Assembly: GCA_963803995.1 (NCBI GenBank)
Contig: CAWDOT010000005.1
Span: 179,154 to 243,153 of the forward strand
Reading direction: 5' to 3'
Length of the DNA stretch: 64,000 nt
Origin: an uncultured Acidobacteriota bacterium
GTDB lineage: Bacteria > Acidobacteriota > Thermoanaerobaculia > Multivoradales > JAGPDF01
The notes beneath the pieces were generated by a model, which was not told where the DNA came from, did no database searches, and saw only the letters and a list, made by a program, of their open reading frames with translations. Positions within the stretch are counted from its first letter, which is position 1. Each line of letters begins with the position of its first letter. This document shows, piece after piece, positions 40,401-57,965 of this stretch. A program made the translations under genes and the position numbers.

Positions 40401-42450
40401 GCCTTGAGCAGCGTCTCGTCGTCGAGCCCGGCCTGCTCCTTGAGCGGGGAGGCCGCGAAGAAGGCGCCCTGGAAGGCGATGCCCTGCATGCGCAGCTGCA
40501 GCTCGGGGTCGCTCGCCTCCTCGCGCGCGATCTTGAAGGCGTCGAGGTAGAAGACCTGGATCTTCTTGTCGATGATCTGCTTCTGGAAGGGCACCGGGAT
40601 GTCCTGCCAGACCTTCTCCGCCGTCGGCTGCTCGCTCTGCAGGATGAAGACGCCGCCCTCCTTGAGGCCGGCGACCGCATTGGTGTGGTTGAAGACGTTG
40701 GGATCCGGCGACAGCACGACGTCGACGAAGTAGTACTCGCAGTTGACCCGGATCGGCTCCGGCGCCACCGACAGGTAGTAGGTCGTCGGCTGGCCCTTCT
40801 TCTCGGAGCCGTACTTCGGGTTGGCCTTGATGTGGTAGCCGAGCAGGTCGAACAGCGTCATCGCGAGGTTCTTGCCGGTGGTGATGGCGCCCCAGCCGCC
40901 CACCGAGTGGAAGCGGACGGTGATCGAGCCCTTCGGCATCAGGTTCGGATTCTCGCGTGCCGTGCAGCGCGAGCTCGCGGACGTTCGGGTAGGCGGCCTC
41001 GATCTCCTGCTGGTAGGCCTCCTGCTTGGGCGTCACCGGCTTGTCGCGCAGGAAGTCGATCGACAGGTAGTACTGGCGCTTGCGCTTGCCGCCCGGCAGC
41101 ATGTTCTCGACCGCCGCCGACCAGGCCTTCGGGCTGCAGGTCGCGGCTGCCCATGCCGAAGGAGCCGGAGTAGAGCTCGGGGGCGTCGGAGAGCTGTCGA
41201 TAGGCCTCGAGCCCGGGGTGGACCGGGCTCTTCGGGTCGCGGCCGTTCTCGAGGCAGCGGCTGACCACGGCGCGGATCTCGCGCATCAGCGGCAGGTCGA
41301 CCGCGAGCGGCTGGTCGAGGCGCTCGAGCACGGCGACGCCCTTGCGGCCCTTGAGCACGCGCCCGAGCAGGTCGGACGGGAAGGGGCGGAACATCACCAG
41401 GTCGACCACGCCGACCTTGATGCCGCGGGTCTCGCGCAGGTAGTCGGCGACGACCTCGGCGCTCGGCACCACGCTGCCCTGGCCGACGATCAGGTAGTCG
41501 GCGTCCTCGCAGCGGTAGGTCATCACCCGCTCGTAGCGGCGGCCGGTCAGCGCGTGGAACTCCTCGAAAGCCCGGTCGGTCAGCGCCTGGACGTGGTCGA
41601 AGAAGAACGGCCGCTGCGCGGCGACGCTCTGCATGTAGGAGTCCTGGTTCTGCACCAGGCCCGCCTGCACCGGGTTGTCGACGTCCCACAGCAGCGGGAT
41701 GCGCCGCCGGGTGTCGCCGTAGATGATGCGCTGCGCCGGCGTCGGTGTCTCGATGATGTCGTCGGGGCGGCCCAGGTATTCGGCGATCAGTTCGCGCTCG
41801 GGCACCTTGAGGGACTCGATCAGGTGCGTGGTCAGGAAGCCGTCCTGCGCCACGATGCCCGGGTTGAGCGCGAGCTCGGCGACGCGGTGCGAGACGATGT
41901 TCAGGTCGGCCGCCGCCTGGACGTTCTTGGCGAAGAGCTGGAAGAAGCCGGTGTCGTCGACGCAGTGGTAGTCGTCGTGACCGGCGTGGACGTTGAGCGT
42001 CGCCTTGGTCATCGCCCGCGCGCCGACGTTCAGGACGTAGGTGAGGCGCTTGCCGACCGCGGCGTAGAGCGACTCGTGCATGTAGGCGATGCCCTGCCCG
42101 GACGAGAAGTTCGAGGCGCGCAGGCCGGTCATCGAGAGCCCGGCGGTGACCGCCGCGGCGGCGTGTTCGCCCTCGGGCTCGACGAAGATCAGCGGCCGCC
42201 CGGAGATGTTGATGTGGCCGGCGGCGGCCGCCTCGGCCCAGTACTCGCCCATCTGCGTCGAGGGCGTGATCGGATAGGCGCCGGCGGCGTCGCTCGACTC
42301 GCGCTCGCACTTGATCACGGCCGTGTTGCCGTCCATCGCGGCGCGCACGCCGGGGTATTTGAACTGCTGCTCGCTGCGCTTCTCGGTGAGCTTCTCGATC
42401 GTCTTGCGGGCCAGCGTCAGCACCGACATCGGGTCATCTCCTTCGGGCAC
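37451..42450 (-). CDS. nifJ: Pyruvate:ferredoxin (flavodoxin) oxidoreductase, single-polypeptide NifJ/PFOR type, unusually long (about 1660 codons) and broken by frameshifts near 40940 and about 41100
   Basis: Domains I/II in ORF 40939..42450 (AYPITPSTQMGEYWAEAAAAG, GVVDLVMFRPFP). Linker in ORF 40392..41102. Domains III-VII in ORF 37451..40939 (ferredoxin CTACGKCYTVCP / CKGCMECVEVCE; TPP site GGDGAMYDIGFQNLSRAMASG...VVDTQVYSNTGGQ; extra C-terminal CTSCDECTRLNP domain). Confidence 0.8.
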
Positions 42451-42501
42451 TGCTTCGACGGTCAGCTCGGGTGGCTCGGCGCGGGGCGGTCATCTGCCCT
42501 C

Positions 42502-43365
42502 TCAGGTTCGAGCGTCGCGCAGGGCGCCCTTGCGGATGACTTTGCGGGCGTCCGGGCCCTTGATCGGGCCGGACTTGGGGTCGAGCCAGACGATCGCCCC
42601 GGTCGGGCAGCGCTGGATCGGCACCTGGGTGGCGTGAGGCCGGTCGTAGTCGACGACCGGGAGGTTGTTCTTCATCGTGATCAGGCCGGGCGCGTCCATC
42701 GCGCAGCGGCCACAGGCGGTGCAGGCGACCTCGCAGTCCTCGAGCAGCCCGTCGCCCGCTTCGAGCGAGCGGCAGGCCACCCAGAGCCGGTGGCTCGCCG
42801 GGTGGATGGAGAAGAGGTCCTTGGGGCAGGCCGTGACGCAGTCGCCGCACGCCGTGCACTTCTCCTCGTCGACGACCGGCAGGTCGTGCTCGTCCATGCG
42901 GATCGCGTCGAAGTCGCAGGCGACCGCGCAGTCGGCGTAGCCGAGGCAGCCCCAGAAGCAGCCCTTGCCGCCGCCGGCGACCAGCGCCGCGGCGCTGCAG
43001 GTCTGGAGCCCGTCGTAGCGGGCGTGGAAGCGGGCGACGTTCGAGCCGCCGGCGCAGGCCAGCCGGGCGACCCGCTTCTCCTCGGCGCCGACGTCGACTC
43101 CGAGGTAGGCGGCGATCTTCGCGCGACCCGCCTCGGTCGAGACGCTGCACTTGCCCGGCTTGGCGACGCCGGTGACCAGGGCCTCGGCGAACGGCCGGCA
43201 ACCCGGAAAGCCGCAGGCGCCGCAGTTGGCGTGCGGCAGCATGTTCTCGACTTCGTCGATGCGGGGGTCTTCTTCGACGTGGAGCTTGCGGTGCGCCAGG
43301 ACCAGCAGGGTGACCAGAAGCAAGGCGAGGCCGCCCAGCGCGCCTACGGACGTCAGGACCAGCAT
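42502..43365 (-). CDS. rnfB: Rnf complex subunit B (polyferredoxin)
   Basis: N-terminal TM (LVLTSVGALGGLALLLVTLLVLA), CGACGFPGC, then CTACGDCVTACP and CTACGRCAMDAP clusters. Confidence 0.8.
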   Translation of the reverse strand: MLVLTSVGALGGLALLLVTLLVLAHRKLHVEEDPRIDEVENMLPHANCGACGFPGCRPFAEALVTGVAKPGKCSVSTEAGRAKIAAYLGVDVGAEEKRVARLACAGGSNVARFHARYDGLQTCSAAALVAGGGKGCFWGCLGYADCAVACDFDAIRMDEHDLPVVDEEKCTACGDCVTACPKDLFSIHPASHRLWVACRSLEAGDGLLEDCEVACTACGRCAMDAPGLITMKNNLPVVDYDRPHATQVPIQRCPTGAIVWLDPKSGPIKGPDARKVIRKGALRDART

Positions 43366-43567
43366 GGCTCGGCCTTCTCCCCCTCCCGGGCGACTCGCCC
43401 GCCCGCGAAACAGCATAGTCGCCGCGTCGCGGCGCATCCCCACTCGCAGGGGTGGGAACCGGTGTCCCGACGGCCCCGCCCGGGAGCGCGGGAGGTCGCG
43501 CGCGAAGCCGCCCCGCCGCGTCCGGAGGGCGCGGAGCGGCCGTCCGTGCGCCTGCGACAGCCTGTTT

Positions 43568-45793
43568 CTAGAAGCGGATCGTGGCGCCGACGAGGAGCGC
43601 GCGGCCCGGCTCGGTGTAGAAGTCGAGCCGCGGATCGGCGGCGACGACGCCGCGCAATGTCGACCAGGACCAGTACCGACGGTCGAGGACGTTGGTGAGC
43701 GCGGCGCGCAGCGTGAGCCCGGGCCGCGGCCCCCAGGTCGCGAAGAGGTCGAGGACGCCGTAGCCGGGCGGCGCGAAGAGGTCCGCCACCGAGGTGTCGA
43801 CCTCGCCCTGCTTGCCGTCGACCAGCGTGAGCAGCAACTCGCCGGTCCAGCGCCCGTCGCGGCCGGCGTAGCCCGCGCCCGCCGTCAGCTTCGGCGGGTC
43901 GACGCCGTTGAGCGGTTCGTCGCGTCGGGTGTCGCGTCCCTCGGCCCAGGCGCCGCCGAAGTCGAGCGACCAGCCCTCGAGCCGCCCCGTCAGCGCCAGG
44001 CGCAGGCGGGCCTCGGCTCCGCGGATCGTGGCGCGGTCGCGGTTGACCGACTGGAAGAGGGTGGTTCCGCTCACCGGGTCGCGGCCGACCAGCGCGCGCG
44101 ACTCGATCAGGTCCTGGTAACGGTTGTCGTAGACGCTCACCTGGGAGGCGAGGCGCGGCGTCTCCACCCGCCAGCCGATCTCGACGCCGAGGCTGCGCTC
44201 GGGGCGCAGGCCGGGGTTCGGAACGGCCTCGTAGCCGAGCGACGGGATCGTGAATCCGACGTTGACGTCGTAGACGGGAGGCGCGCGGAAGCCCTCGGCG
44301 ACCTGCACGAAGACGCTCTGGCTCCCGGTGAGAGCGCGGACCAACCCGAGCTTGGGCGTCAGTCGCCCGTCGTCGGTGTCGACCGTCTCGAGACCCGGAT
44401 TGTCGGCGCGGAAGATCGCGTCCGGCTCGGCCCGGGTCCGGTAGCGGTCGTAGCGGAGCGCCGGCAACAGGCGCCAGCGGCCGTCGCCGAGCGCGATCGA
44501 GTCGAGCACGAAGACGCCCAGCGCGACCGCCTCGGAGCGCGGAAAGTCGCGCACCGGCAGGACCTCGCCGAGGACGACGGCGGTCGCGGCGCCGGTCACC
44601 AGGTCGATCTGCCTGCCGTTGCGCCGCTCCGCGAGGCGCGTGCGCTCGAGCTCCGCGCCCCAGGCGAGGTCGTGGTCGAAGCGCCCCGCCGCCCAGCGCG
44701 AACGGACCGCGACAGAGCCACCGGCGAGATCGCTGTCGAGCTCGAAGCGGCGCTCGCGCAGCGTCGGATGCGGCGTGCGCGGGTCGGGCCCGCGCCACTG
44801 GCGGGTCTCCTGCTCGACGCCGCTGCCGGACCAGAAGACGCGCGCCGTCGTCTCGGAGCGCCAGGCCGCGGCCGAATCGAGCTCGAGCGCCAGCGAGACG
44901 CGCAGGTGCTCCGAGCGGTCGTCGGCGAGCATCTTCTCCGTGGTCGCGAACTGCCCGGGACCGCCGACGAGGTGCCGCACGTCGGTCTCGGCGCCGCCGC
45001 GCTCGCCGTCCAGCGCGAACGTGAGCCAGCCCCGCTCGAGCAGGCCGACGAGCTTGACCAGCCCGGTCGAATCGCGGGTCGCGGCGGGATTGGGCGCCAC
45101 GTCGCCCTCGTTGTCGCGCTCCTCGCCGTCGCGCCGGCTGGCGAGAGCCAGGAGGCGCCAGCGCCGCCCCTGCCCCGCGGCGAGGGCGCTCGTGCGCAGG
45201 GCGTGGTCGCGGCCGTCGGCGGAGAGGTCGAGCTCCCAGGCGGCGCCGTCCTCCGGACCGAGTAGCTCGGCGGGGTCGCGCGTCGTGAGCTGGACGACGC
45301 CGCCCAGCGCGTCGCTGCCGTAAGCCGCCGAGGCCGGACCGCGCAGGACCTCGACCCGGGCGACCGCCTCGACCTCGACCAGCTCGCGTCCGGCGTTCGA
45401 GAAGCTGCCGATCGCGAAGCCGTCGGGCACCGGCACGCCGTCGACCTGGAGCGCGACCCGGTTGCCGTCGATGCCGCGGATGCGGATCGACCCGGCGCCG
45501 AAACGCCCGGCATCGCGGCCGACCGAGACGCCCGGCTCCGCGCGCAGCGCGTCGGCGAGGTCCTGCGCCTGGCGCCGTTCGAGCTCGAGCCGCTCGATCC
45601 GGCCGACCGCGGCGGCGACTTCGCGCACCGGCTGCTCGAAGCGGGCGGCGACGACGGTCACGCTCTCGACGACCACCGGCGCGCGCCCGAGGGCGGCGTC
45701 CGTCGCGGGCGGCTCCGCCGCCGCCCCCGCGCCGGCCGCACCCAGGGCTGCGAGCGCGAAGGCGAACGGGGCGGCGGCGCAGCGCGAGGACAT
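43568..45793 (-). CDS. TonB-dependent outer-membrane receptor
   Basis: Signal peptide MSSRCAAAPFAFALAALGAAGAGAAA, plug domain, terminal ...LLVGATIRF with C-terminal Phe. Confidence 0.8.
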   Translation of the reverse strand: MSSRCAAAPFAFALAALGAAGAGAAAEPPATDAALGRAPVVVESVTVVAARFEQPVREVAAAVGRIERLELERRQAQDLADALRAEPGVSVGRDAGRFGAGSIRIRGIDGNRVALQVDGVPVPDGFAIGSFSNAGRELVEVEAVARVEVLRGPASAAYGSDALGGVVQLTTRDPAELLGPEDGAAWELDLSADGRDHALRTSALAAGQGRRWRLLALASRRDGEERDNEGDVAPNPAATRDSTGLVKLVGLLERGWLTFALDGERGGAETDVRHLVGGPGQFATTEKMLADDRSEHLRVSLALELDSAAAWRSETTARVFWSGSGVEQETRQWRGPDPRTPHPTLRERRFELDSDLAGGSVAVRSRWAAGRFDHDLAWGAELERTRLAERRNGRQIDLVTGAATAVVLGEVLPVRDFPRSEAVALGVFVLDSIALGDGRWRLLPALRYDRYRTRAEPDAIFRADNPGLETVDTDDGRLTPKLGLVRALTGSQSVFVQVAEGFRAPPVYDVNVGFTIPSLGYEAVPNPGLRPERSLGVEIGWRVETPRLASQVSVYDNRYQDLIESRALVGRDPVSGTTLFQSVNRDRATIRGAEARLRLALTGRLEGWSLDFGGAWAEGRDTRRDEPLNGVDPPKLTAGAGYAGRDGRWTGELLLTLVDGKQGEVDTSVADLFAPPGYGVLDLFATWGPRPGLTLRAALTNVLDRRYWSWSTLRGVVAADPRLDFYTEPGRALLVGATIRF

Positions 45794-45816
45794 GGCGCGG
45801 TCTCTCCGCTCCGGGG

Positions 45817-48003
<2,187 letters not shown>

Positions 48004-48059
48004 CTATGACGGCGGTCAGGCCGGCCCGGCCGGCGCCGGTCACCTGCGCCGCGGCGGGC

Positions 48060-48884
48060 TCAGCCGGCGGCCGGAGCGGCGGCGGGCAGGAAGCGGATCC
48101 GGGTAGCCGGAGCGAGCCCGCGGGCCGCGGCCCGGCGCAGGTACTCGGCGAGACCCGCCTGCTCGGCCGGGCCCATGGTGAAGCGGAGATTGCGGGTGTA
48201 GTAGTCGGCGAGGACCGCCGGCGCGAGACCGGTTTCGGCGGCGGTTTCGGCGACGATCGCGTCGAGCTCGGAGAGGCCCGTGGCGAGGCTGGCCGCCAGC
48301 ATCGCGACCAGCTCGCCCGCCGGCGGGCCCTCGCGCACGGCCCAGACCGCGAAGACGAAGGGCAGTCCGGTCAGCTCGAGCCACTCGCCGGCGAGGTCGA
48401 GCACGACGTAGCGGTCGCGCGGCACGGTGAGGGCGGGATCGCCGATCAGCAGCGCGGCGTCGGAGCCGGCCAGCATCTCTTCGAGGTCGGCGCGCGCGGG
48501 GCGGTATTCCGGCTCCAGGCCGTAGCGCTCGGCGAGCAGGATGCGGACGAGCGCCGCCGAGGTCCGGCTGTTCTCGTCGAGCGCCACCGAGCGGATCTCG
48601 CCGATCGGGACCTTCGAGACGAGCAGGACGCTGCGCACCTCGTGGGTCGCCGCGATCGCGATGCCGGGGACGACCGCCAGCCCCGGGATGCGCGCGACTT
48701 CGACCGACGGAACGAGGCCGGCGTCGAGGCTGCCGTCGCGCAGCCGGTCGGCGATCACCGCCGGCGGCAGCAGCTCGCAGACGAAAGAGCCGCCCGGCTC
48801 GCCCCGCTGGAGACCGCGGGAGAGCGGGCGGCTGTTGACGTACTGGACGATGCCGATGCGGAAGGGCGACGGGGAGGGGCACAT
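48060..48884 (-). CDS. mqnA: Futalosine-pathway menaquinone biosynthesis protein MqnA/MqnD family
   Basis: [14 protein letters not shown]... periplasmic-binding-protein-like fold characteristic of MqnA/MqnD. Confidence 0.65.
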   Translation of the reverse strand: MCPSPSPFRIGIVQYVNSRPLSRGLQRGEPGGSFVCELLPPAVIADRLRDGSLDAGLVPSVEVARIPGLAVVPGIAIAATHEVRSVLLVSKVPIGEIRSVALDENSRTSAALVRILLAERYGLEPEYRPARADLEEMLAGSDAALLIGDPALTVPRDRYVVLDLAGEWLELTGLPFVFAVWAVREGPPAGELVAMLAASLATGLSELDAIVAETAAETGLAPAVLADYYTRNLRFTMGPAEQAGLAEYLRRAAARGLAPATRIRFLPAAAPAAG

Positions 48885-48896
48885 GCCGGGACAATG

Positions 48897-50288
<1,392 letters not shown>

Positions 50289-50304
50289 GTTGGGCTTTCC
50301 TCTT

Positions 50305-50907
50305 CTACGGTTCCGGCGGGCTCTGCCCCGCGAGAAAGTCGGTGATGGATTTCCAGAGTTCACGCATTCCCTCCCCTGAGACCGCCGAGACGGGCAGGAG
50401 GACCGTCTCGTCCCCGGGGGCGAGCGCCGCCCGGATGCCGGCGAAGGCCGCGACGCGCTCGCCGCGCTTCAGCTTGTCGGCCTTGGTCGCCACCAGGATC
50501 CGCCGGCAGCCCAGGGCGGCGAAGTACTCCGCCGCCTGCGTGTCCAACGGGGTGGCGCCGACCCTGGCGTCGACCAGCTGCACCAGCATCCGGTGGCTCG
50601 GGTCGCGTTCGAGATAGCTCGTCACGACCTTCGCCCACCGCTCGCGATCCGACCGGGCCGCCCGCGCGTACCCGTAACCCGGTAGATCGACGAACCAGAA
50701 CTTCCGGTTGATCCGGAAGTAGTTGACCGTCTGCGTCCGTCCCGGCGTCGAGCTCGTGCGGGCCAGCTTCGACCCCAGCAGCTTGTTCAACAGGCTCGAC
50801 TTGCCGACGTTCGAACGTCCTGCAAAGGCGACTTCCGGCGTGCCGTCGTCGATCAGGTCCCCGGCACTCGCGCCGGACCGCGCGAACTCCGCACTCGAGA
50901 TCTTCAA
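50305..50907 (-). CDS. engB: Ribosome biogenesis GTPase YihA/EngB
   Basis: AFAGRSNVGKSSLLNKL (G1), DLPGYG (G3), ATKADKL (G4). Confidence 0.85.
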   Translation of the reverse strand: MKISSAEFARSGASAGDLIDDGTPEVAFAGRSNVGKSSLLNKLLGSKLARTSSTPGRTQTVNYFRINRKFWFVDLPGYGYARAARSDRERWAKVVTSYLERDPSHRMLVQLVDARVGATPLDTQAAEYFAALGCRRILVATKADKLKRGERVAAFAGIRAALAPGDETVLLPVSAVSGEGMRELWKSITDFLAGQSPPEP

Positions 50908-51046
50908 GTTTTTCGGTTCCGGGCGACGCTCCGCGTTTCGGTGTGCGGAGACCGCGCGAGCGGGAATCGGGGATCGGACCTCGGTTGTCGGACTGGGAAC
51001 CGCGCCGGCGAGGTCGCCGCGCTGAATCCCGCTCCCTTGCGGGATC

Positions 51047-54707
<3,661 letters not shown>

Positions 54708-54872
54708 CTCTCCTCCCTACCTCCCTACGCTCGCGACGTCCGTCCGGTTGGCGCCCGGCGCCCCGGACCGGTTCGGACCCGGTTCCGTCAATGCCGAGAA
54801 CGCCCTCCGCGAGCGGCGCTATTCCTGCCCCCGCGACCACCCCGACTCCCGGAATTCTAACAAACGGCAGGC

Positions 54873-55460
54873 TCAGGACTTGCGCCGCTCCATCACCTGG
54901 TCGACCAGGCCATACGCCACGGCCTCCTCGGCGCCGAGGATCTTGTCGCGCTCGGTGTCGGAATGAACCTGCTCCCGGGTCTTGCCGGTGTGGAACGCCA
55001 GGATGTCGTCGATCTTCTCGCGCAGCTTGAGCAGCTCGCGCGCGTGGATCTCGATGTCGGTCGCCTGGCCCGCCATCCCCTGGGTCCAGGGCTGGTGGAT
55101 CAGGACCCGGCTGTTGGGCAGCGCCGTCCGCTTGCCGGTCTGGCCGGCGGCGAGCAGCACGGCCGCCATCGAGGCGGCCTGGCCCACGCACAGGGTCGCG
55201 ACGTCGGGCTTGATGTACTGCATGGTGTCGTAGATCGCGAGACCCGCGGTCACCGAGCCGCCCGGCGAGTTGATGTACAGGTGGATGTCGCGCTCGGGGT
55301 TCTCCGCCTCGAGAAAGAGCATCTGGGCGATGACCAGGCTCGCCACCTCGTCGTCGATCGGCCGGCCGAGGAAGATGATGTTGTCCTTGAGCAGCCGCGA
55401 GTAGATGTCGTAGGCGCGCTCGCCCCGGTTGGTCTGCTCGACCACCATCGGAATCAGCAT
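54873..55460 (-). CDS. clpP: ATP-dependent Clp protease proteolytic subunit ClpP
   Basis: [32 protein letters not shown]...[11 protein letters not shown] (catalytic Ser) ...HQP. Confidence 0.9.
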   Translation of the reverse strand: MLIPMVVEQTNRGERAYDIYSRLLKDNIIFLGRPIDDEVASLVIAQMLFLEAENPERDIHLYINSPGGSVTAGLAIYDTMQYIKPDVATLCVGQAASMAAVLLAAGQTGKRTALPNSRVLIHQPWTQGMAGQATDIEIHARELLKLREKIDDILAFHTGKTREQVHSDTERDKILGAEEAVAYGLVDQVMERRKS

Positions 55461-55470
55461 GAAGCTCCCC

Positions 55471-56739
55471 TCACTTGGGGTCCGCGTCCGCGGCGGGGAT
55501 CTCCCCGAGCAGGCGTCGGACCATCTTGTCGCGGCGCATTCTGGCCCGAAGTCCCGCCAGCTGTCCCGTTTCGTCCAGCCGGTGGCGCAGGGCGTGGGTC
55601 GCGACCCCCTGCGTCCGTGCCAACAGCGCGAGCGCCTGCTCGAATTCCTGTTCCCCGACCTCGACGCTCTCCTTCTCGGCGATGGCGTCGAGCAGCAGCC
55701 GCGCGCGCACCCGGCGCTCGGCGTGGGGCGGGCCTCCTCCCCCATCTTCTGCCAGTCGATCCCGGCCTTCTCGAGGTCGAGCCCCTGGCGCGCGAGCCCC
55801 TCGGCGTAGTCCTTGAGCAGGTCCTCGATCTCGTGGTGGACCACGCCCTCGGGCAGCGGGAAGGTGTGGCGCTCGGTCAGCTGGTCGAGCAGCGCGGTCT
55901 CGCGCTGCTGGCGGGCGTTCTGCTCCTTCGCCGAGCGGATCCGGCGCGCCACGTCCGTTTCGAGCTCGGCGACCGAGCCGTACTTGCCGAAATGCGCGGC
56001 GAACTCGGCGTCGAGCTCGGGCAGCGTCGCCTCCTGGACCTCGGCGATCCGCACTTCGTAGCTGCGCTCCGTCGCCGCCTCCCCTTCGCCGTCGCGCCGG
56101 GTGAAGCGCCCGGTCTGGCCCGCCGCGAGCCCGGTCACCGCGGCCGAGAGCTCGTCCCAGTAGCGCGCATTGCCGACCTCGAGCTCGGCGGGACCGAAGG
56201 GGCCGGGACCCTCGGCGAGGATCTCGGCGATCTCCAGACGGACCCGGTCGCCGGCCGCGGCCGCGCGCTCGACCGGGTTCCAGGTGGCATGCCCCCGGCG
56301 CAGGTCGGCGACCGCCCCCGCGACCTCCTCGGGCGCCGGCTCGGTGGCCGGCGTGGGCAGGGCGAAGTCCTGGTAGTTGCGCAGCTCGATCTCGGGGCGG
56401 ACCTCGACGGTCGCCAGGAAGGTGAGCGGCTCGCCGTCGTGCAGATGGACGTCGCGCACCTCCGGCGTGGTCAGGGCGTCGATCCCCGTTTCCGCCGCCG
56501 CCAGCTTCCAGTACCGGGGGACCAGCCGCTCGAGGACCTCCTGGCGGATATCCGGGCCGTAGTGGCGCATGACCATGGCTCGCCGGCACCTTCCCCTTGC
56601 GGAAGCCGGGGATCTTCGCCTTCCGGCCGAACTCGGCCGAGACCCGCGCGGTCTCGGCCTCGACGGCGGGCAGGGGGACTTCGATCTTCAGCTGCTTGCG
56701 ACAGGGACCGGTTTCTTCGACGGCGAGGACGACGCTCAT
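55471..56739 (-). CDS. tig: Trigger factor, two frameshifts
   Basis: [22 protein letters not shown]...FRKGKVPA (N), [23 protein letters not shown] (middle), ...[22 protein letters not shown] (C) in three frames. Confidence 0.75.
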   Translation of the reverse strand: MSVVLAVEETGPCRKQLKIEVPLPAVEAETARVSAEFGRKAKIPGFRKGKVPASHGHAPLRPGYPPGGPRAAGPPVLEAGGGGNGDRRPDHAGGARRPSARRRAAHLPGDRRGPPRDRAAQLPGLRPAHAGHRAGARGGRGGGRRPAPGACHLEPGRARGRGRRPGPSGDRRDPRRGSRPLRSRRARGRQCALLGRALGRGDRARGGPDRALHPARRRRGGGDGAQLRSADRRGPGGDAARARRRVRRAFRQVRLGRRARNGRGAPDPLGEGAERPPAARDRAARPADRAPHLPAARGRGPPRDRGPAQGLRRGARAPGARPREGRDRLAEDGGGGPPHAERRVRARLLLDAIAEKESVEVGEQEFEQALALLARTQGVATHALRHRLDETGQLAGLRARMRRDKMVRRLLGEIPAADADPK

Positions 56740-56775
56740 CAGGCGGTCTTTCTTGGGAGTGGGAGGTCGGCGATG

Positions 56776-56864
56776 GGGTGCGAAAGGGGGGACTCGAACC
56801 CCCAACCCGATCACTCGGGACTAGATCCTAAGTCTAGCGCGTATACCAGTTCCGCCACTTTCGC
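56776..56864 (-). tRNA. tRNA-Leu (anticodon TAG), class II with long variable arm
   Basis: Reverse complement folds: acceptor GCGAAAG/CTTTCGC, anticodon stem CTAGA/TCTAG with loop CTTAGGA, variable arm TCCCGAGTGATCGGGTT, T-arm GGGGGTTCGAGTCCCCC. Confidence 0.85.
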
Positions 56865-56914
56865 GGGAGACGCATCCGACGGGGCTGCCCGGTCGTGCGG
56901 AGAGGAGGAGAGGG

Positions 56915-56990
56915 TGGTGAGCCGCGTAGGAATCGAACCTACAACCCGCAGATTAAGAGTCTGCTGCTCTACCAATTGAGCTAGCGGCCC
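56915..56990 (-). tRNA. tRNA-Lys (anticodon CTT)
   Basis: Reverse complement GGGCCGCTAGCTCAATTGGTAGAGCAGCAGACTCTTAATCTGCGGGTTGTAGGTTCGATTCCTACGCGGCTCACCA. Encoded CCA, anticodon loop CTCTTAA. Confidence 0.9.
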
Positions 56991-57040
56991 ACAGACGGGC
57001 GGAATATAACGGACGGCGGCGTCCGAAACAAGAGCGGCGC

Positions 57041-57811
57041 TCAGAGCAGTTGCTTGATCTCGGCGCGGCCGAGCCGGAGGCGCCGGAGATGATCAGCGCG
57101 GCCGAGCCGCGATCGAAGGGCGGGACCTCGAGCTGGAGCTCGAGCGCGCCGACGTCGTCGGTCTCCGCCGACCAGCAGCGTGCGCGGGTCGGCGACCGTC
57201 GAGAGCATCTTCACCGCGACCTGGACGCCGGCGATCGGCAGCCCGGTCCGGCTCGAGAAGGCGCGCAGCACCAGCTGGTTGACCCGGCCCGGCTGGATCT
57301 CCTCCTGGCCGTCGAGCGTCAGCACGAGCTGCTCCTGCTCCGCCTCGGTCGACAGGTAGTCCAGGATCACCTGGTCGAGCGAGGGCCCGTAATCGGCGCC
57401 GGTGGCCATCGGCGTCTCCAGCCGCGCGGTGGTCGGCGGGTACTCCTCGAGGTCCGGCTCGGGCTCCGGCTCCGGGGCTGCGGCGGCGACCGCCGCCGCG
57501 CGGAGCAGGGTCTCGGGCTCCACCCGCTCGGGTTCGCGGCCGGCGACGGCCAGCTCCAGCTTGGCGTCGAAGCGGCCGGCGCGGATGGCGGCGAGGATCG
57601 TGCGGTGCTGGTGCTCCATCACCGCCGCGATCTCGTTTTCCCCCTTGCCCTCCTCGAGCAGCCGGGCGTAGCTGGTGCGCTTGGCGGCCAGCACCTGGCC
57701 GCGCACGTAGATCACGCTCTCGAGGTACGGGTTGTCCAGCCCCTTGTCCTCGGTCTGGACGTGCAGGACGACTTCGCCGTGGCGAACGTCGGTGTTGTAC
57801 CCCGTGATCAT
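57041..57811 (-). CDS. Hypothetical protein (C-terminus probably frameshifted near 57170)
   Basis: MITGYNTDVRHGEVVLHVQTEDKGLDNPYLESVIYVRGQVLAAKRTSYARLLEEG... A protein-like tail (ETDDVGALELQLEVPPFDRGSAALIISGAS) appears only in the +1 frame. Confidence 0.45.
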   Translation of the reverse strand: MITGYNTDVRHGEVVLHVQTEDKGLDNPYLESVIYVRGQVLAAKRTSYARLLEEGKGENEIAAVMEHQHRTILAAIRAGRFDAKLELAVAGREPERVEPETLLRAAAVAAAAPEPEPEPDLEEYPPTTARLETPMATGADYGPSLDQVILDYLSTEAEQEQLVLTLDGQEEIQPGRVNQLVLRAFSSRTGLPIAGVQVAVKMLSTVADPRTLLVGGDRRRRRARAPARGPALRSRLGRADHLRRLRLGRAEIKQLL

Positions 57812-57965
57812 GTGCGCGTCTCGATCGGGGCATTGTAGGAGCCGCGAAAGCGGGGGGTCAAGGCGAAGTTGGACCGGGCCGCCGGGGCCGTGCGAGAATC
57901 GCCGGAACGCCGATTCGGACGGGCCGGTTCCCACGCCGGCCACCCCATGCCACAGGAGGACGAGG

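Noticed and set aside
36167-41173. 1668-aa + ORF antisense to rnfC and PFOR
   Set aside because: Antisense GC-frame artefact with no motifs. The minus-strand frames encode RnfC and PFOR, which have clear conserved blocks.
56776-56990. tRNA pair as a genomic-island integration site
   Set aside because: The tRNAs sit in the ancestral tig-clpP-clpX-lon neighbourhood with no integrase, direct-repeat attachment site or compositional shift on either side.
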